64,000 bases of DNA, taken from Felis catus (lineage: Eukaryota). The stretch lies in the NCBI RefSeq assembly GCF_018350175.1, contig NC_058368.1, positions 42,658,001-42,722,000 of the forward strand, in the 5' to 3' direction. Every line of letters begins with the position of its first letter. Positions within the stretch are counted from its first letter, which is position 1. The translations under genes and the position numbers were made by a program. The notes beneath the pieces are model-generated. The model worked only from the letters and a program-made list of their open reading frames with translations, was not told the DNA's origin and did no database searches. This document shows positions 51,965-64,000 of the stretch, in pieces.

Positions 51965-52486
51965 TTCCAGCCTTATGGAGATGTACTCGACATATAATGT
52001 TGTGAGAGTTTAAGGAGTACGATGTAATGATATGATACAGTTATATATTGTGAAATAATTACCACAGTAGAGTTGGTTAATATCTCCATTACTTCATTTA
52101 ATAAACATTTTTTGTGTCTGTTAGGCACATTTAAGATCTACTGTCTTGGCAACTTTCAAGTATATAATATATTATTGTTAACTATAATCATCATGCTGCA
52201 CATTAGATCCCCAGAATTTATTCATTCATCTTTTAACTAGAAGTTTATACCCTTTGACCCATGTCTCCCTATTTCCCAATCCCACAGTCCCTGGCAACCA
52301 CCATTCTACTCTCTGTTTCTATGAATTCAGCTCTTTTAGATTCCATATATAAGTGAAATCATATGGTATCTGACTTTCTCTGCCTGGCTTATTTCACTTT
52401 ACATGATGTCCTTAAGATCCATCCCATGTCATAAATGGAAGGATCTCCTTTCCGATTGCTAAACAATATTCCATGATATATATGTA

Positions 52487-52524
<38 letters not shown>

Positions 52525-52629
52525 TCCATATTATGTGTATAACATGTAACATATGCATGTATGTATATGTATATTATATATGTATACATGTGTGTATATA
52601 CATATTATATATATACACCACATACATCG

Positions 52630-52675
<46 letters not shown>

Positions 52676-52965
52676 ATATATACCACATCTTTTTATCCAT
52701 TCATCCACTGACGGCCACTTAGTTTGTTTCCTTTGCTTGGCTATTGTGAATAATGCTGCAATGACATCTATTAGATGATCCTGGTTCCCTTTACTTTGGA
52801 TATATACCCAGAAGTGAGGTTGCTGGATCATACAGTAGTTCTAGTTTTAATTTTTTCAGGAATTTTCATATTATTTTCAATAGTGGCTGCCTATTCTCAC
52901 CAACAATACCCTAGGGTTCCCTGTGTTCTACATCCTAGCCAACACTTGTTATCTCCTGTCTTTTT
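51965..52965 (-). mobile_element. L1 3' end (L1MA9-like), about 1 kb
   Basis: cattagatccccagaatttattcat, cctggcaaccaccattctactctctgtttctatga, ggctattgtgaataatgctgcaatga, tttggatatatacccagaagtg. Confidence 0.9.
52476..52685. repeat. Compound (TA)n/(TG)/(CA)n microsatellite inside L1
   Basis: (TA)n run near 52494-52521 and (AC)n run near 52633-52674, seen directly. Confidence 0.95.
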
Positions 52966-53379
52966 GGTCAGAAGTCCGAAGTATGTTTCACAGTGTAGAA
53001 ACCTAGGTCTCACCAGGGCTGTTCATCCTCTAGAGATTTTAGGGGAGAAAATATTTTCTTGCATTTTCCAGCTTCTAGGACTGTATTCCTTGACTCATGC
53101 ATCTTTCACCATCTTTCAGTTAAACAACATAGCATCTTCCAGCATCTGTTTTGTCTTCACATCTCATTTTCCTCTCATTCCTCTCTCCCTCTGCCTCTTT
53201 CTTATGAGAATGCATGTGATTACATTTAGATCCCATCCTAATAATCCAGGATAATCTCCCTACTTCAAGTTCCTTAATTTAATCACATCTGCAAGGATGC
53301 TTTTTCCAAATAAGGTAACATTTACAGGTTCCAAGGATTATGACTTTATAAATTTGGGGACCATTATTCAGCCTACCAT
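52966..53379 (-). mobile_element. MaLR LTR (MLT1D-like), partial
   Basis: ggtcagaagtcc...ataatccaggataatctccc...cttaatttaatcacatctgcaa...ccattattcagcctacca. Confidence 0.88.
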
Positions 53380-53434
53380 GGTAGCTGTGAAATGAAACTT
53401 TAATCGAATCTGATTTATTTATTTGTAGTTATTT

Positions 53435-53657
53435 TTTTTTTTAATTTTTAAATGTTTATTTATTTTGGAGATACAGAAAGGGAGAGAGGGAGAGAGTGGG
53501 GGGAGGGACAGAGAGAGAGGGAGACACAGAATCCAGAGCAGGCTCCAGGCTCTGAGCTGTCAGCACAGAGCCTGATGTGGGGCTGTAATTCATGGACCAC
53601 AAGCTCATGACCTGAACTGAAGTTGGACTTTTAACTGACTGAGCCACACAGGCACCC
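53435..53657 (-). mobile_element. CanSINE
   Basis: TSD tttgtagttattt. Confidence 0.95.
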
Positions 53658-54149
53658 TTGTTTGTAGTTATTTGTGTTGATTCTGTTTCCTTCTCATTCT
53701 GCCAGGTGTTGGTGTCAGTCATCTATCTATCTATGCATGTATCTATCATCTGTCATATATTTCTAATATACTTTGAAAAACATATGATATAAATTTAAGA
53801 TAATATATTTGATTATATAAAATTCTCTCTTGTATGTCCTACGAGAGTTTCCCCAAGTGTCTTGATAGTGAAAGATCTGGCAATGAAACTCATTCTATGT
53901 ACTTTGCTAATTCTTATTTTCCCAGAAATCTCTTTAAAGGCAGAAACTATGTTTAGGATATTTTTCTAAACCTCGTACATATCACAGAACAAATCTGATT
54001 ATAGATCATCAATATTTTAAAATTGATTAGAACAAGTGAATTTAATTCAATGAGTTCTGATTTCAGAACTTTATTGAATAAACTGATCCCATGGCTTGAT
54101 GGAAGTAATTATTTTTCCCTAGAACAGACGTATGAGGATGCCATAATAC

Positions 54150-54365
54150 TTAAAAAAATTTTTTTAATGTTTTACTTATTTTTGAGACAGAGAGAGACAG
54201 AGCATGAACAGGGGAGAGTCAGAGAGAGAGGGAGACACAGAATCTGAAGCAGGCTCCAGCCTCTGAGCCGTCAGCACAGCTGACGCAGGGTTCGAACTCA
54301 CGGACCGTGAGATCATGACCTGAGCTGAAGTCCGACGCTTAACCGACTGAGCCACCCAGGCGCCC
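54150..54365 (-). mobile_element. CanSINE
   Basis: TSD ggatgccataata; CpGs retained. Confidence 0.96.
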
Positions 54366-54443
54366 GGATGCCATAATATTTTAATGTTGTTGTTTATTTG
54401 TTAATCTGTTTCTCCACTGGGAAGGAGGAAAAAGTTGTGTTTA

Positions 54444-54657
54444 GAATTAAAAAAAAATTTTTTTTTTGAAAGAGGGAAAGAGAGACAGAGTGTGAGCAGA
54501 GGAGGGGCAGAGAGAGAGGGAGGCACAGAATCCGAAGCAGGCTCCAGGCTCTGAGCTGTCAGCACAGAGCCTGATGCAGGGCTCAAACTTACAAACTGTG
54601 AGATCATGACCTGAGTGGAAGTTGGACAGTTAACTGACTGAGCCACCCAAGCTCCCT
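54444..54657 (-). mobile_element. CanSINE
   Basis: Antisense body; degenerate TSD gaaa(a/t)agttgt(g/a)ttt. Confidence 0.94.
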
Positions 54658-54815
54658 GAGAAATAGTTGTATTTTGAAAGAACACTTGGATGGTGGAAGA
54701 TAGACTGAGAGTTCCAGTGTATAGATTGCTTTGACAGGGTATGATGGCTCCACACATCAGTTTGTGAGAAAAGTCATTGTTTATACTGAAAATCATGTAT
54801 ACACTTTAGCTCACT

Positions 54816-54910
54816 CAGGGCTACCACAATACACAACTCCAGGGGTATAATTTACAATTATATTCCTTTCTCTATGTAAATGGTGCTCCCCTAGAGTTGT
54901 GTGGTACATC
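54816..54910. mobile_element. MER91-like palindromic hAT MITE
   Basis: Inverted pair cacaactccagggg ... cccctagagttgtg around a short spacer. Confidence 0.65.
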
Positions 54911-55287
54911 CATATATGATGTACCATTTTATGAGTCTCATAAAATGGACTCAGCTGGAAATTCATTTAATCCCTTTTTTTGCTACTGAAGAAACACTTG
55001 TAGTGGCATATATGAAGTCAAGAGGGATAATCCGTATTATGGAAAAGTGTTATTAGGAAAGCCAGAGTGATCTAACAATTCTTTCTATTGAAGGATATTA
55101 ATAATCCTCCACAAATATCAGATAGCAGGCCTAGTAAGAAGGAATAAACAGGAACTTTTCCGCTTGTAGAAAACTGGTTTCAATATTATTGTATGTTCTT
55201 CATTTAGTAATCCTTAACATTTCTGTAAAGTTTATATTATATGCCAGATTCTATGGTGAAAACTGATACACAGATGGTAGTATTTCT

Positions 55288-55511
55288 GTTTTCTTTTTTT
55301 TAAATGTTTATTTATTTATTTTTGAGAGAGAGAGAGAGACTGAGCATGAGCGGGGGAGGGGCAGAGAGAGAAGGAGACACAAAATCTGAAGCAGGCTCCA
55401 GGCTCTGAGCTGTCAGCACAGAGCCTGACGCAGGGCTCAAACTGACAGACCATAGGATCATGACCTGAGCCAAAGTCAGATGCTTAACCTACTGAGCCAC
55501 CCAGGTGCCCC
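55288..55511 (-). mobile_element. CanSINE
   Basis: TSD aga(t/c)ggta(g/a)tatttct. Confidence 0.95.
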
Positions 55512-57194
55512 TAGACGGTAATATTTCTTGATCTTGTCTTCAAGTTTTGTCTTAATCTGGTCTTCAACTAATGGAATTTGTATAAAGGTATATAAGAACC
55601 TGGTTTTCAGATAAATAAACTATCTAAAGACCACTTCATATGGAGTGTGCCATTTATAACATAGTCTCTTCAAGAAACCATATTTGCATTTTAATTTTTT
55701 TCCATCACTTGACTCTAAATAAGATTGTTGTATGCACTATTTAATTCAACAAATATTTATTGAGTATTTAGCAAGTTCTCATGTCATTTCCCCCAAATAA
55801 AATACTAGCTCATTCTTTGATTCAAATAACATTATGAAGTGGGTTCTTTTATATTTTAATAACGTTTGTATCTCGTAGTTGTCTGATGTCTTTGAATGTT
55901 AAAATGGCATTGGCATTAAACAGTTCCTCAGGGCAGGGACTGTGTCTGCTTAAATTGCTTTGTGAGGAACACAGGTGGCTGAGTAATAAACACTTTTTGC
56001 TGATGCAATGTCTTGTATTGAAGACAAAGCCTCTGATTACTTAGTGTTTTGAAATTAGTTTTTAAAGATGCATCAGGAATCCAATTAGTGTATAATGTGT
56101 GCCTGACACTGAAAATGGCTTTGGAACAGATTAACAAGACCACAGCACCCTCATCACAAAAGTTTATATGTTAAAACCAATACTACGGGATGAAAACAAA
56201 TGTGGACATTGAATAAGTAGATTATTTTTTATAAAACCTTAATAGAATACCTAATAGTGCACAAAACAAACATGCATATTTGTGTGTGCACGTGTGTGTA
56301 CATTTTTCTTCATGCTTCCATTTTGAGGGTCATAGTTGATCAATGACACTGTTACAGGAATGATCAGCAGCAAACTGGCATTAGCTTGGCAGAGAATTTT
56401 AGTTTGACATTGATGTGTTCAATGTGATATTTTGGTTTTGTTTTTCTTTCTCATACGGTATAATGCTCTATTTAGCAGAAAAGAAGTGTCATTCTTTTGG
56501 GGACACCTGCAACTCCAGGCCCCCTCTTCCAGCACAAACCTCAAGTCATATCGAGAGAGGCCTCTGAGGTCCCGAGACGCTGTGAGGGTACAGCTCGTTC
56601 CTTTGACCTTTAACTCCTATGGCTGCTCTGACACTAACTTTTCCCACTTCTGATCTAGGCTTTTCTTGTAGCTTCCACATGGGGCATAAGCTTCTGTTCT
56701 TCTGCGGTTACTGTTGTCTTTTCAATCCCATCTCCCTCAATGGTGCGAGAGTAATCATACTACAAAGCGAGTGATCAGATCACACAACAGTCTAAAATCA
56801 GTCAGTGGTTTGTCTTTCCCTAACTGCAAACTCTGAAAGACACAGTACATTTCTCACTACATTTCCATCTGAAGCTTTGCATAAGACACACTCAATACCT
56901 GTTTGTTAATCCACTGACTGACTGACCTGATAACCATCTTGGTCTTTCACTTTTGACTCAGTCTTATCCTAGACTTTTATTTAAATTTTCTACTTGTGAT
57001 TTAAACACTGGCTCTACCCATACCATGGTGATTCTCACTCTCATTCTCTTTTCTTTCTTGCTTGGCACTGCAAGCAAGTTTCATCAGTTTCATCAACTTA
57101 TAGTTTCATCAACTTATAGGTTTTTGGCTATGCAGTTTACCTGGTTACTATAACTATGGACCAGATTTGACTGTGCATTTTTTCTCTCCCATCC

Positions 57195-57667
57195 TTTTCT
57201 TATCGCTGCTGTAGCAAATTACCACATGCTTAGTGGCTTAAAACAATACAAATATATTCCCTTTCAGTTCTTGAGGCTAGAAGTTCAAAATCATTCTCAT
57301 AGGGCTAAAATCAAGATATTGACAGTGCTTATTCCTGCTGGCGCCTTAAGGAGAAATCCCGTCCTTGGTTCTGCCAGTTTTTAGAGGTTGCTGACATTCT
57401 CTGGCTCGTGGCTGCCTCACCTAATGTCTGCTTCTGTCTCCACGTCCCCTTCTCTCTGTAGCCAAATCTTCCTCTGCCTCCTTCTTGTATGGACCCTTGT
57501 GATTACACTGGGCCCATCTGGATAATTAAGAATACCCCCCCCCCCCGTCTCCAAATCCTAAAATTAATCACACTTGCATGTCCCTTTTACTATATCAGGT
57601 AATCTATTCACAGGTTTCAGGGACCCAGATGATGACATCATTGAGGGAGTCATTTCAGCATACCTTA
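57195..57667 (-). mobile_element. MaLR solo LTR (MLT1D-like)
   Basis: gctgctgtagcaaattaccacatgcttagtggcttaaaacaa...gggctaaaatcaag...ggacccttgtgattacactgggccca. Confidence 0.88.
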
Positions 57668-58306
57668 CTGCCTTTCTTGAAACAGATTTGTAAGTAACCA
57701 GAGGTTCCTAGAAATGATTATTTTGTGCCCCCCAATATGACTTATTTTCTTTGGGCTTCTTTGTTGATTTATTCTCTTTTTTCAAATATAGTGTGATCAT
57801 CATACAAATTTCACGAAAAACAGAAGAACATAATATATAAAAAGTTTTCTGACTCCTGTTTCTCAGCAATCACCAATATTAAGAGTTTGGTGTGGATTAT
57901 TCCATTCCTGTGTAAATGCACACACAGAGAAAGGAAGAAAAATGCATGCAGATTCTATGTATTCTATGTATATACAACTTCAGTTGACTGATGCAGGATC
58001 AGATATTATTCTACATCTTGCTTTTTCTCAACTAATAATATGCATGGAGTGTATTTCCATGTCAGCACGCGTATATATACTTCTTATTACAGTTTGGAAG
58101 GAGATTACATTGAAATATCATGTTTATTTTGGGATAACTGATATATTTGTATTATTGATTCTTCTATTCCAGGAATACGGTACCTTTTATTAAGACTTTA
58201 AAATTAATACTTCTTTACTATTTGTTATTTTGTTCAGTTGCACCTTTCTCTAATTTCTGAAGTTCATTCCTAAGTACCCAGTAGGAGTTTTTTTCTCCTT
58301 TAAATT

Positions 58307-58340
58307 GTGTGTATGTGGTGTGTGTGTGTGTGTGTGTGTG
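58307..58340. repeat. (TG)n microsatellite
   Basis: Seen directly. Confidence 0.9.
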
Positions 58341-60213
58341 AGCGCTTGAGTTCCTAACTGATTATTGCTGGCATTTGAGAAAGATATTATTTTGGTATGT
58401 TTCCTTGTATCTGACTATTTTACTGAATACTCATTAGGCTTATTAGTTTTTAAGTGGTCCTTTTGCATTTACCAGGAACAGAAATATATTATGTGCAACT
58501 AATGACAATTTAGCTTTTTCCTTCTTGGTTCACCAGTGTAAAAGTTTGCCAGATTTCTCTGTCTAATTACTCTCTGGATGCTCCAGCTTCAGGCACTTGT
58601 GTATGCAGGTGAAGATGACCAAGGAGCCACGGATCAGCTTCTTCTGATAAACTATCTTGACATCTATTATGGGGAGAAGACAAGGAATGGTAAGTACATG
58701 AGGCCAATGTGAGAGTAAACTGAAAATCTCATATTTTAATAGGAAGCTACAAGTCTCTGAGCTTTAATTTCAGTATATTGTGCAGATAGAGAAAGGTTCA
58801 AAGAGAAGAGCGTGGAAATCGCATGGGATTACTTCAAACTCTGCTTGTGCCACTTTCAATCATGTGTCTTCATGTCTTCATGGCATGTCACTAAATGTTG
58901 TTCCTGTTATTTTACTTGTCTTATGGCTAACAAACGTGAAAGTGGTGTATATGGCAGAAACTAGGTGAACAATCCTTTTACTAACAAGGCTTATTTCTAT
59001 CTGGGAGTGTTATATGCTAAGCAATTGTTTTCTACAGTGTGGAACAATATGCTATTTCTAGTGTTAACGTTAAACACTAAAAACACAGAGAAAGTTGTGT
59101 ACTAAAAATGAAGGAAACCTAATGACAAGAACCAGGATGTAAATTTTTCAATATACAAAACAGACATACTGTTTTGAACAGGAGCAAGCATATAATAAAC
59201 ATCACTGTCAAAGTCAAAGCACTGGGTGGAGAGGAGACTACAAGAGGCTGGAAGAATGGCATATAGGTTCTAAGAGTATTCAGATTCCTTTCAAAAACAG
59301 GCATAATATTCAGCTTCACTACATTTTTTTCTATTCATCTTTAGCAGTTTCGAAGCATGCTTGTTATAAATATGTGTGCATGTATTTAGATATATTCTTG
59401 AGTTCCCTAACTGTGTTATTACCGGGAGAGAGCTGCAAATTCATTGAAATATTCTGGACTCACTATCATAAAAATCAGTTACAAATGTTGGTCTAATGCT
59501 TACTTACTTAATCTTCATAAATAATGTATTCATTTTACCCAGCTATTGCTAAATCATTTCAGAACAAATTGCCAGTGTGAAAAGAGTTACACCATTACTA
59601 TCCTTTCAAAAAATTATCTGGATTCATTTTATCCTTAAAAACACTTTATGAAATATTTTAAATATATAAAAAAGTTTAGAGAATAATTCTGCAGACACCA
59701 GTGCAAACATATACATACGTTTCTTAACATTTTTGCCAGAGTTGCTTCAGGTTTTTTAAGAAATAAAATACAACAGACTCAATTGAACCCACTTTGTACC
59801 CTTTTTCAATCACATTTTCTTGCAAAGTGTAAGAAGTGAAGTTGCAAAGCAAATTTCATCCATGCATTTTAAAATATTTTCAATAAGTATGTATGCATCC
59901 ATATGAAATATTGTTTTGCACTTTAAAAAGATACACAAATTGTATCATGCCATTGATTTAGTTTTGTATCCTGTCTTTTAAAGTCAATATTATACTTTTG
60001 GTATTTGTCCGGATTAATACCAGTCCATCTAGTTATTCATTTCAACTGCCCTGTAAATGATCTATTGAATAAATACATTTATGTTCGATATTTGTTGCAA
60101 TCTTCTGAATTCCTAATATGTCCAATGTTCTGTTATGGATGTCCATTTAACTTATTTCCACTTTCCCCTGGAAGACGCAGTATACAGTTACACGTCCAGG
60201 GCTTTCTCTAGAG

Positions 60214-60390
60214 TGGTGCTTCTCAAGTGTTAATTTGCATGTGGATCCACCTGGGACTCCTGTTAAAATGCACATACTGATTCAATAGATCTGGGATGGG
60301 GCCTGAGATGATAAGTTTCTAACAAATGCCTAAGTGATGTCTCTGCTGCTTGTTCATGGAGAACAGAACAGAACACATTGAGTAGCAACA
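60214..60390. mobile_element. MER5B-like hAT-Charlie MITE
   Basis: gtgcttctcaag...cacctggg...tgttaaaatgca...tgattcaatagatctgggatggggcctgaga...tttctaacaa...ttgagtagcaa. Confidence 0.85.
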
Positions 60391-60434
60391 CACTAGGATA
60401 TCCTCTCTCTAAATGTATATCTCCTGTATCCTAC

Positions 60435-60436
<2 letters not shown>

Positions 60437-60469
<33 letters not shown>
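60437..60469. repeat. (TG)n microsatellite
   Basis: Seen directly. Confidence 0.95.
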
Positions 60470-60471
<2 letters not shown>

Positions 60472-60539
60472 TACATTTGGCTACCTTTACTTTAGAGTTT
60501 GAAAAATTTACTTTAGAGTTTGAAAAACAAAGTATTCTG

Positions 60540-60878
60540 GATCCCCTGTCTTTTGCAGCTAGAGGTAGCTAAGTTATGAGATAGTTCTGGCCATTGCAAT
60601 ATAAGCATAAATTAGCAGTGATGACTCAATTGAGTCATCTCTAACCTTTCTCTTGCCTGGGACTGTGGCGATTCTGGAGCTGCAGCAGCCACACATTAAG
60701 GAAAGCAGAGTGACAAAATAGGTCTGGTTCCTTGAGGGCATTGTTAGCCTCTGCTCCAGCCCTGGATGTCTGTCCAGATAATTTTTATTTTAATGTCTGA
60801 GACAAACCTTTTGCTTGATCAAACCACTGTAATCTGGTTTACAGTTACTTATATGTGAACATCATGCTAAATGATACA
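60540..60878 (+). mobile_element. MaLR LTR (MLT1J-like)
   Basis: ttgcagctagaggtagc...agttctggcca...ctggagctgcagcagcca...aaccactgtaatctggttt...ctaaatgataca. Confidence 0.75.
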
Positions 60879-60889
60879 GTGCCTCTTAA

Positions 60890-62030
60890 GCTTTTCTAGA
60901 TATTGCCAAATTACTTTCAAATGCTGCTATTTTACACTTCCATTAGGAGTATGAGACAATGCCTAATTTTATTTTTCCACATGTTTGATATTTCTTGGCA
61001 TTGTCAAGTATTTGGAAGTTCTTTCCCATATAATAATAGTGAGGATGACATCTAATTGTGTTTTAATTTTCATTTCTGTGGACACTAGTGGTGTTAGATT
61101 TGTTTGTGTTCACTGCTCATTCAGATTTCCTTCTGTGTGAATTGTTCCTAACAACAAGCAATTTTTTTATATATGCTTATAAGTATTTCTTTCAGATTAC
61201 AGCTTTTCTTGTCACTTTGTTTTTGATATCTCTATCTAGACGAAGAGTAAATTAATTGTGGTCACATTTATAATTATTTTCCTGTGCATTTTGTGCTTTT
61301 TGTTTCTTCTTTAAGATACCTTTCCCTATCCTGTGGTCATATCTTCTCTTTAAAAACTTATGAATGAATAAGTTAATTTCTTTTTTTCATTTAAAAAAAA
61401 TTTTTTTCAACGTTTATTTATTTTTGGGACAGAGAGAGACAGAGCATGAACGGGCGAGGGGCAGAGAGAGAGGGAGACACAGAATCGGAAACAGGCTCCA
61501 GGCTCTGAGCCATCAGCCCAGAGCCTGACGCGGGGCTCGAACTCACGGACCGCGAGATCGTGACGTGGCTGAAGTCGGACGCTTAACCGACTGCGCCACC
61601 CAGGCACCCCCGAATAAGTTAATTTCTAATGAAGTAAGTCAGACAGAGAAAGACTAATACTGTATTATATTGCTTGTGTATGAAATCTGAAAAAAGTTAT
61701 ATTTTCTTTTAAAATTTGAACATTTTGCTTTTCTGACTTAAATTTCAGTCTGCTTGGAGTGGGGATTTTTGTCATATGATAGGAGGGAAGAATCCAAATT
61801 TATATATTCCATGTGAACGACCAATCATCCTAGTTCTACTATGTAGAAAGTTTATTCTTTACTGCTTTGTAAAGTCAAATCTGTCATTTCCCATGTTGCC
61901 AAAATGCCATTCTATTTTGTCAATCTATACTGATGATACACTGCCTTGATACGTGGTAGAGTGAGTCTTCCCAAATTTGTTCTTCAAAATCTTCAAAAAT
62001 CTTCATTATTCTTGCCCTTTTGTTTCTCAA
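60890..62030 (-). mobile_element. Old L1 (L1ME-like) ORF2/3' fragment
   Basis: attgccaaattactttcaa, atctaattgtgttttaattttcatttctg and cccaaatttgttcttc are antisense L1 motifs. Confidence 0.6.
61382..61611 (-). mobile_element. Young felid CanSINE (SINEC_Fc)
   Basis: Near-consensus, CpG-rich; perfect 16-bp TSD gaataagttaatttct (61366-61381, 61612-61627). Confidence 0.97.
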
Positions 62031-62049
62031 GTAGTTCTTTTGGAGTAAT

Positions 62050-63730
62050 GTTTAGAGGGGCCAATCCTACTCCCACTCATTGTTCCTAGACCCAAGCATT
62101 CAAGCTTCTGAGGACCTATCACCATATGTAAGCTGGTGGTTCAAAGAAAATACCGGGAAATTGCAACTCAGATTCATAAGATATATTAATGTGAGCTATT
62201 TCATAGTGGTGACTTTAATGTCCATTCCATTATTCTATTAGTCAAGTTATGTCTTTGTGACATAACATGTTGTGGAAGCAGTGGGTTCTATGACTAGGAG
62301 CTCATTGTTCAACCTCTTGTGCCATGAAATTGACATCTTGGTATAAGGCAATGCAGTGCAGGATCCCATGCCAATAAGTCAGAGTTTCTCTTAGTCCTAA
62401 GATGATAATGTTCTCAGAGGCCCTGCAGCAGACAAGGAAGACAAACTTCTATCTGAGGTAGGTGTCAATTCCAGTAAGAATGAATTGCTGCACATTCCAG
62501 GGTAGAAAGAGTCCAATATATTCAACCTGGCACCAGAAGTCTCTTTGAGGAATGGTGCTAAGATAAAGGGCTCAGAGTTGTTTTCTTCTGCTGGCAGGTT
62601 TATAGGTGGTGATAATGAACATATGTCCTTGAACCCGTATATAGTTTATAACCCTGCTACCATGTGCAATCTCTTCTTAGACCCACTGTGCAAGCATAGG
62701 AGGTTATGAAGAGAGAGACTGGTAGACAGAGATTAGAAATATCCTGTCCAACTCATTGTCACTTTCCCTTGACTCTAATTTTCCCAACTTTGTCCTTCAA
62801 TTATCTTGAGCAAAACGGTAGGCCATCCATGCCTGCCTGGGAGTTAGCGTACATTGGTACTGAAGGCCATTTCCCCCCAAAATGTCCAGTGTGCACAGTG
62901 TACCGTTCTTCCCACTGGGAGAATATTTCTTCCTGCTCACTATCTTCAGGGCCAGCCCTGAAATGGGACTGTGGCTTGGAAGTAGTCAATTTTCCTCTTA
63001 TCTGTAAATTACAGCTGAATTAGTATCCACCTTTGTCAGTGACCCTTAGGGATCCCTCTAGGAGACTATAGGTGTAAAATTGAAGGAGAGGTAGCAGCGA
63101 GACAGAGGTAGAGAACATGAGAGTTTGGGCTTCCTATTTATGTGCCTTACTTATGTCCTCTGGAACTTCAAGGACTCTATCCTAAGTATATCATTTCCAC
63201 CAAGTGATGAATTGCTTCTGTACGCACCTGACATTATGAGTCTCTGTGTGTGATAATAAACATTCATTGATGTCACATGGTCAGGCACCTAACCTCAGCT
63301 GGTGCCCAATAGATTACAAAGTCTGCTTCTTAAATAGTGTTTTGCTTCCGGCTGCAGATGACATGACTTTGCATTACCAGGGATGTCTTTGGAAATATAA
63401 ATTCTTGAGCTCCAACTCAGACCAACTAATCAGAAATTTTGAGGATGATATTAATGAACAATCAAGTTTATGAACCACTGACTTACAAGGATATCCTTGC
63501 AAGGATATCACTGGCAGACCAATGATTACTGAAACCCTTCACTGATATGGCAACCTCCACATTTTTGAAGGCTTAATCTCTCATCTCTTGGCATATCTGC
63601 ATCCTTCCAAAGCATTCAAAATACTTGTCTCAACCTTCAGGTCCAATTAGCATAGTGGACCACAACTCTAGGCATTCTGGAATTTATCCTGAGTTTTTGT
63701 TTACAATATTCATATTTTTTTCAAATATTC
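62050..63730 (-). pseudogene. Decayed ERV-L pol fragment (RT end, RNase H, integrase)
   Basis: Minus-strand translation 62538-62221: FWCQVEYIGLFLPWNVQQFILTGIDTYLR*KFVF...LTYWHGILHCIALYQDVNFMAQEVEQ*A...LIE*WNG, colinear with ERV-L integrase. ORF 62801-62989 (FSQWEE...KWPSVPMYANS) resembles ERV-L RNase H. Confidence 0.88.
63330..63485. mobile_element. MER5-like MITE inside the ERV-L pol fragment
   Basis: aaatataaattcttgagctccaactcagaccaactaatcagaa...gtttatgaaccactg. Confidence 0.55.
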
Positions 63731-64000
63731 CCAATGGGCTTTTTTACAGTTGTCTGATATTATCTCATTTCTGCACTGTTTTTGCAGAAATAAATTATTG
63801 AATCTTATTCTCTCATTTAGCTCTTGAATGATACTAAATATGAGAATGTAAAAGTTTTTACATATTATCGTATTATTTTTATTTAATGTAGTGTAAATTC
63901 ATTTAATTTGCTAGCTTTTCATTTTTCGTGTTTGTTAACATTTTGATTTTTCAGGTTCATCTTGTGTGGTATGTATGTGACAGTGATTACAGCAGTAATT

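Noticed and set aside
52775..53254. Longest ORF in the track (159 aa)
   Set aside because: It runs across antisense L1 3' UTR and MLT1D sequence and has no coding features.
45402..60530. Short tandem or near-tandem duplications (tgaggaaataagacatg at 45402/45432; agtttcatcaacttat x2 near 57086; actttagagtttgaaaaa x2 near 60489)
   Set aside because: These are ordinary slippage duplications with two copies each and no spacer-array structure.
785..61607. Many similar ORFs (MAQSVK..SAQVMIS..SGSVLTAQSLEPASDSVSPSLS; VREFEPRVRLWADGSEPGACF) that look like a protein family or repeat array
   Set aside because: All are read-throughs of CanSINE bodies with TSDs and A tails. They are not genes or a CRISPR-like array.

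Overview
Mammalian genomic DNA, almost certainly from a cat (Felidae): about 24 tRNA-derived CanSINEs are present, and three match the young felid SINEC_Fc type. The window is AT-rich, has no CpG island and is dominated by transposable elements: CanSINEs, L1/HAL1/L2 fragments, MIRs, many MaLR (MLT1) LTRs, two decayed ERV-L elements, ERV1-like solo LTRs and DNA-transposon fossils. I recognise no known protein-coding gene, and nearly all ORFs in the track are SINE read-throughs or chance ORFs. The best non-repeat signal is a candidate minus-strand transcription unit: a GC box, CCAAT box and tandem ETS site at 13932-13997, followed by two exons with consensus splice sites that join into an open 66-codon frame. 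Other points are an internally deleted ERV-L provirus with a nested MLT1, three SINEs stacked at one target site, a 52-bp dispersed duplication and several chains of overlapping palindromes. Repeat subfamily names come from my recollection of consensus sequences, not from a search, and boundaries of old elements are approximate. I see no firm evidence of a new biological system.
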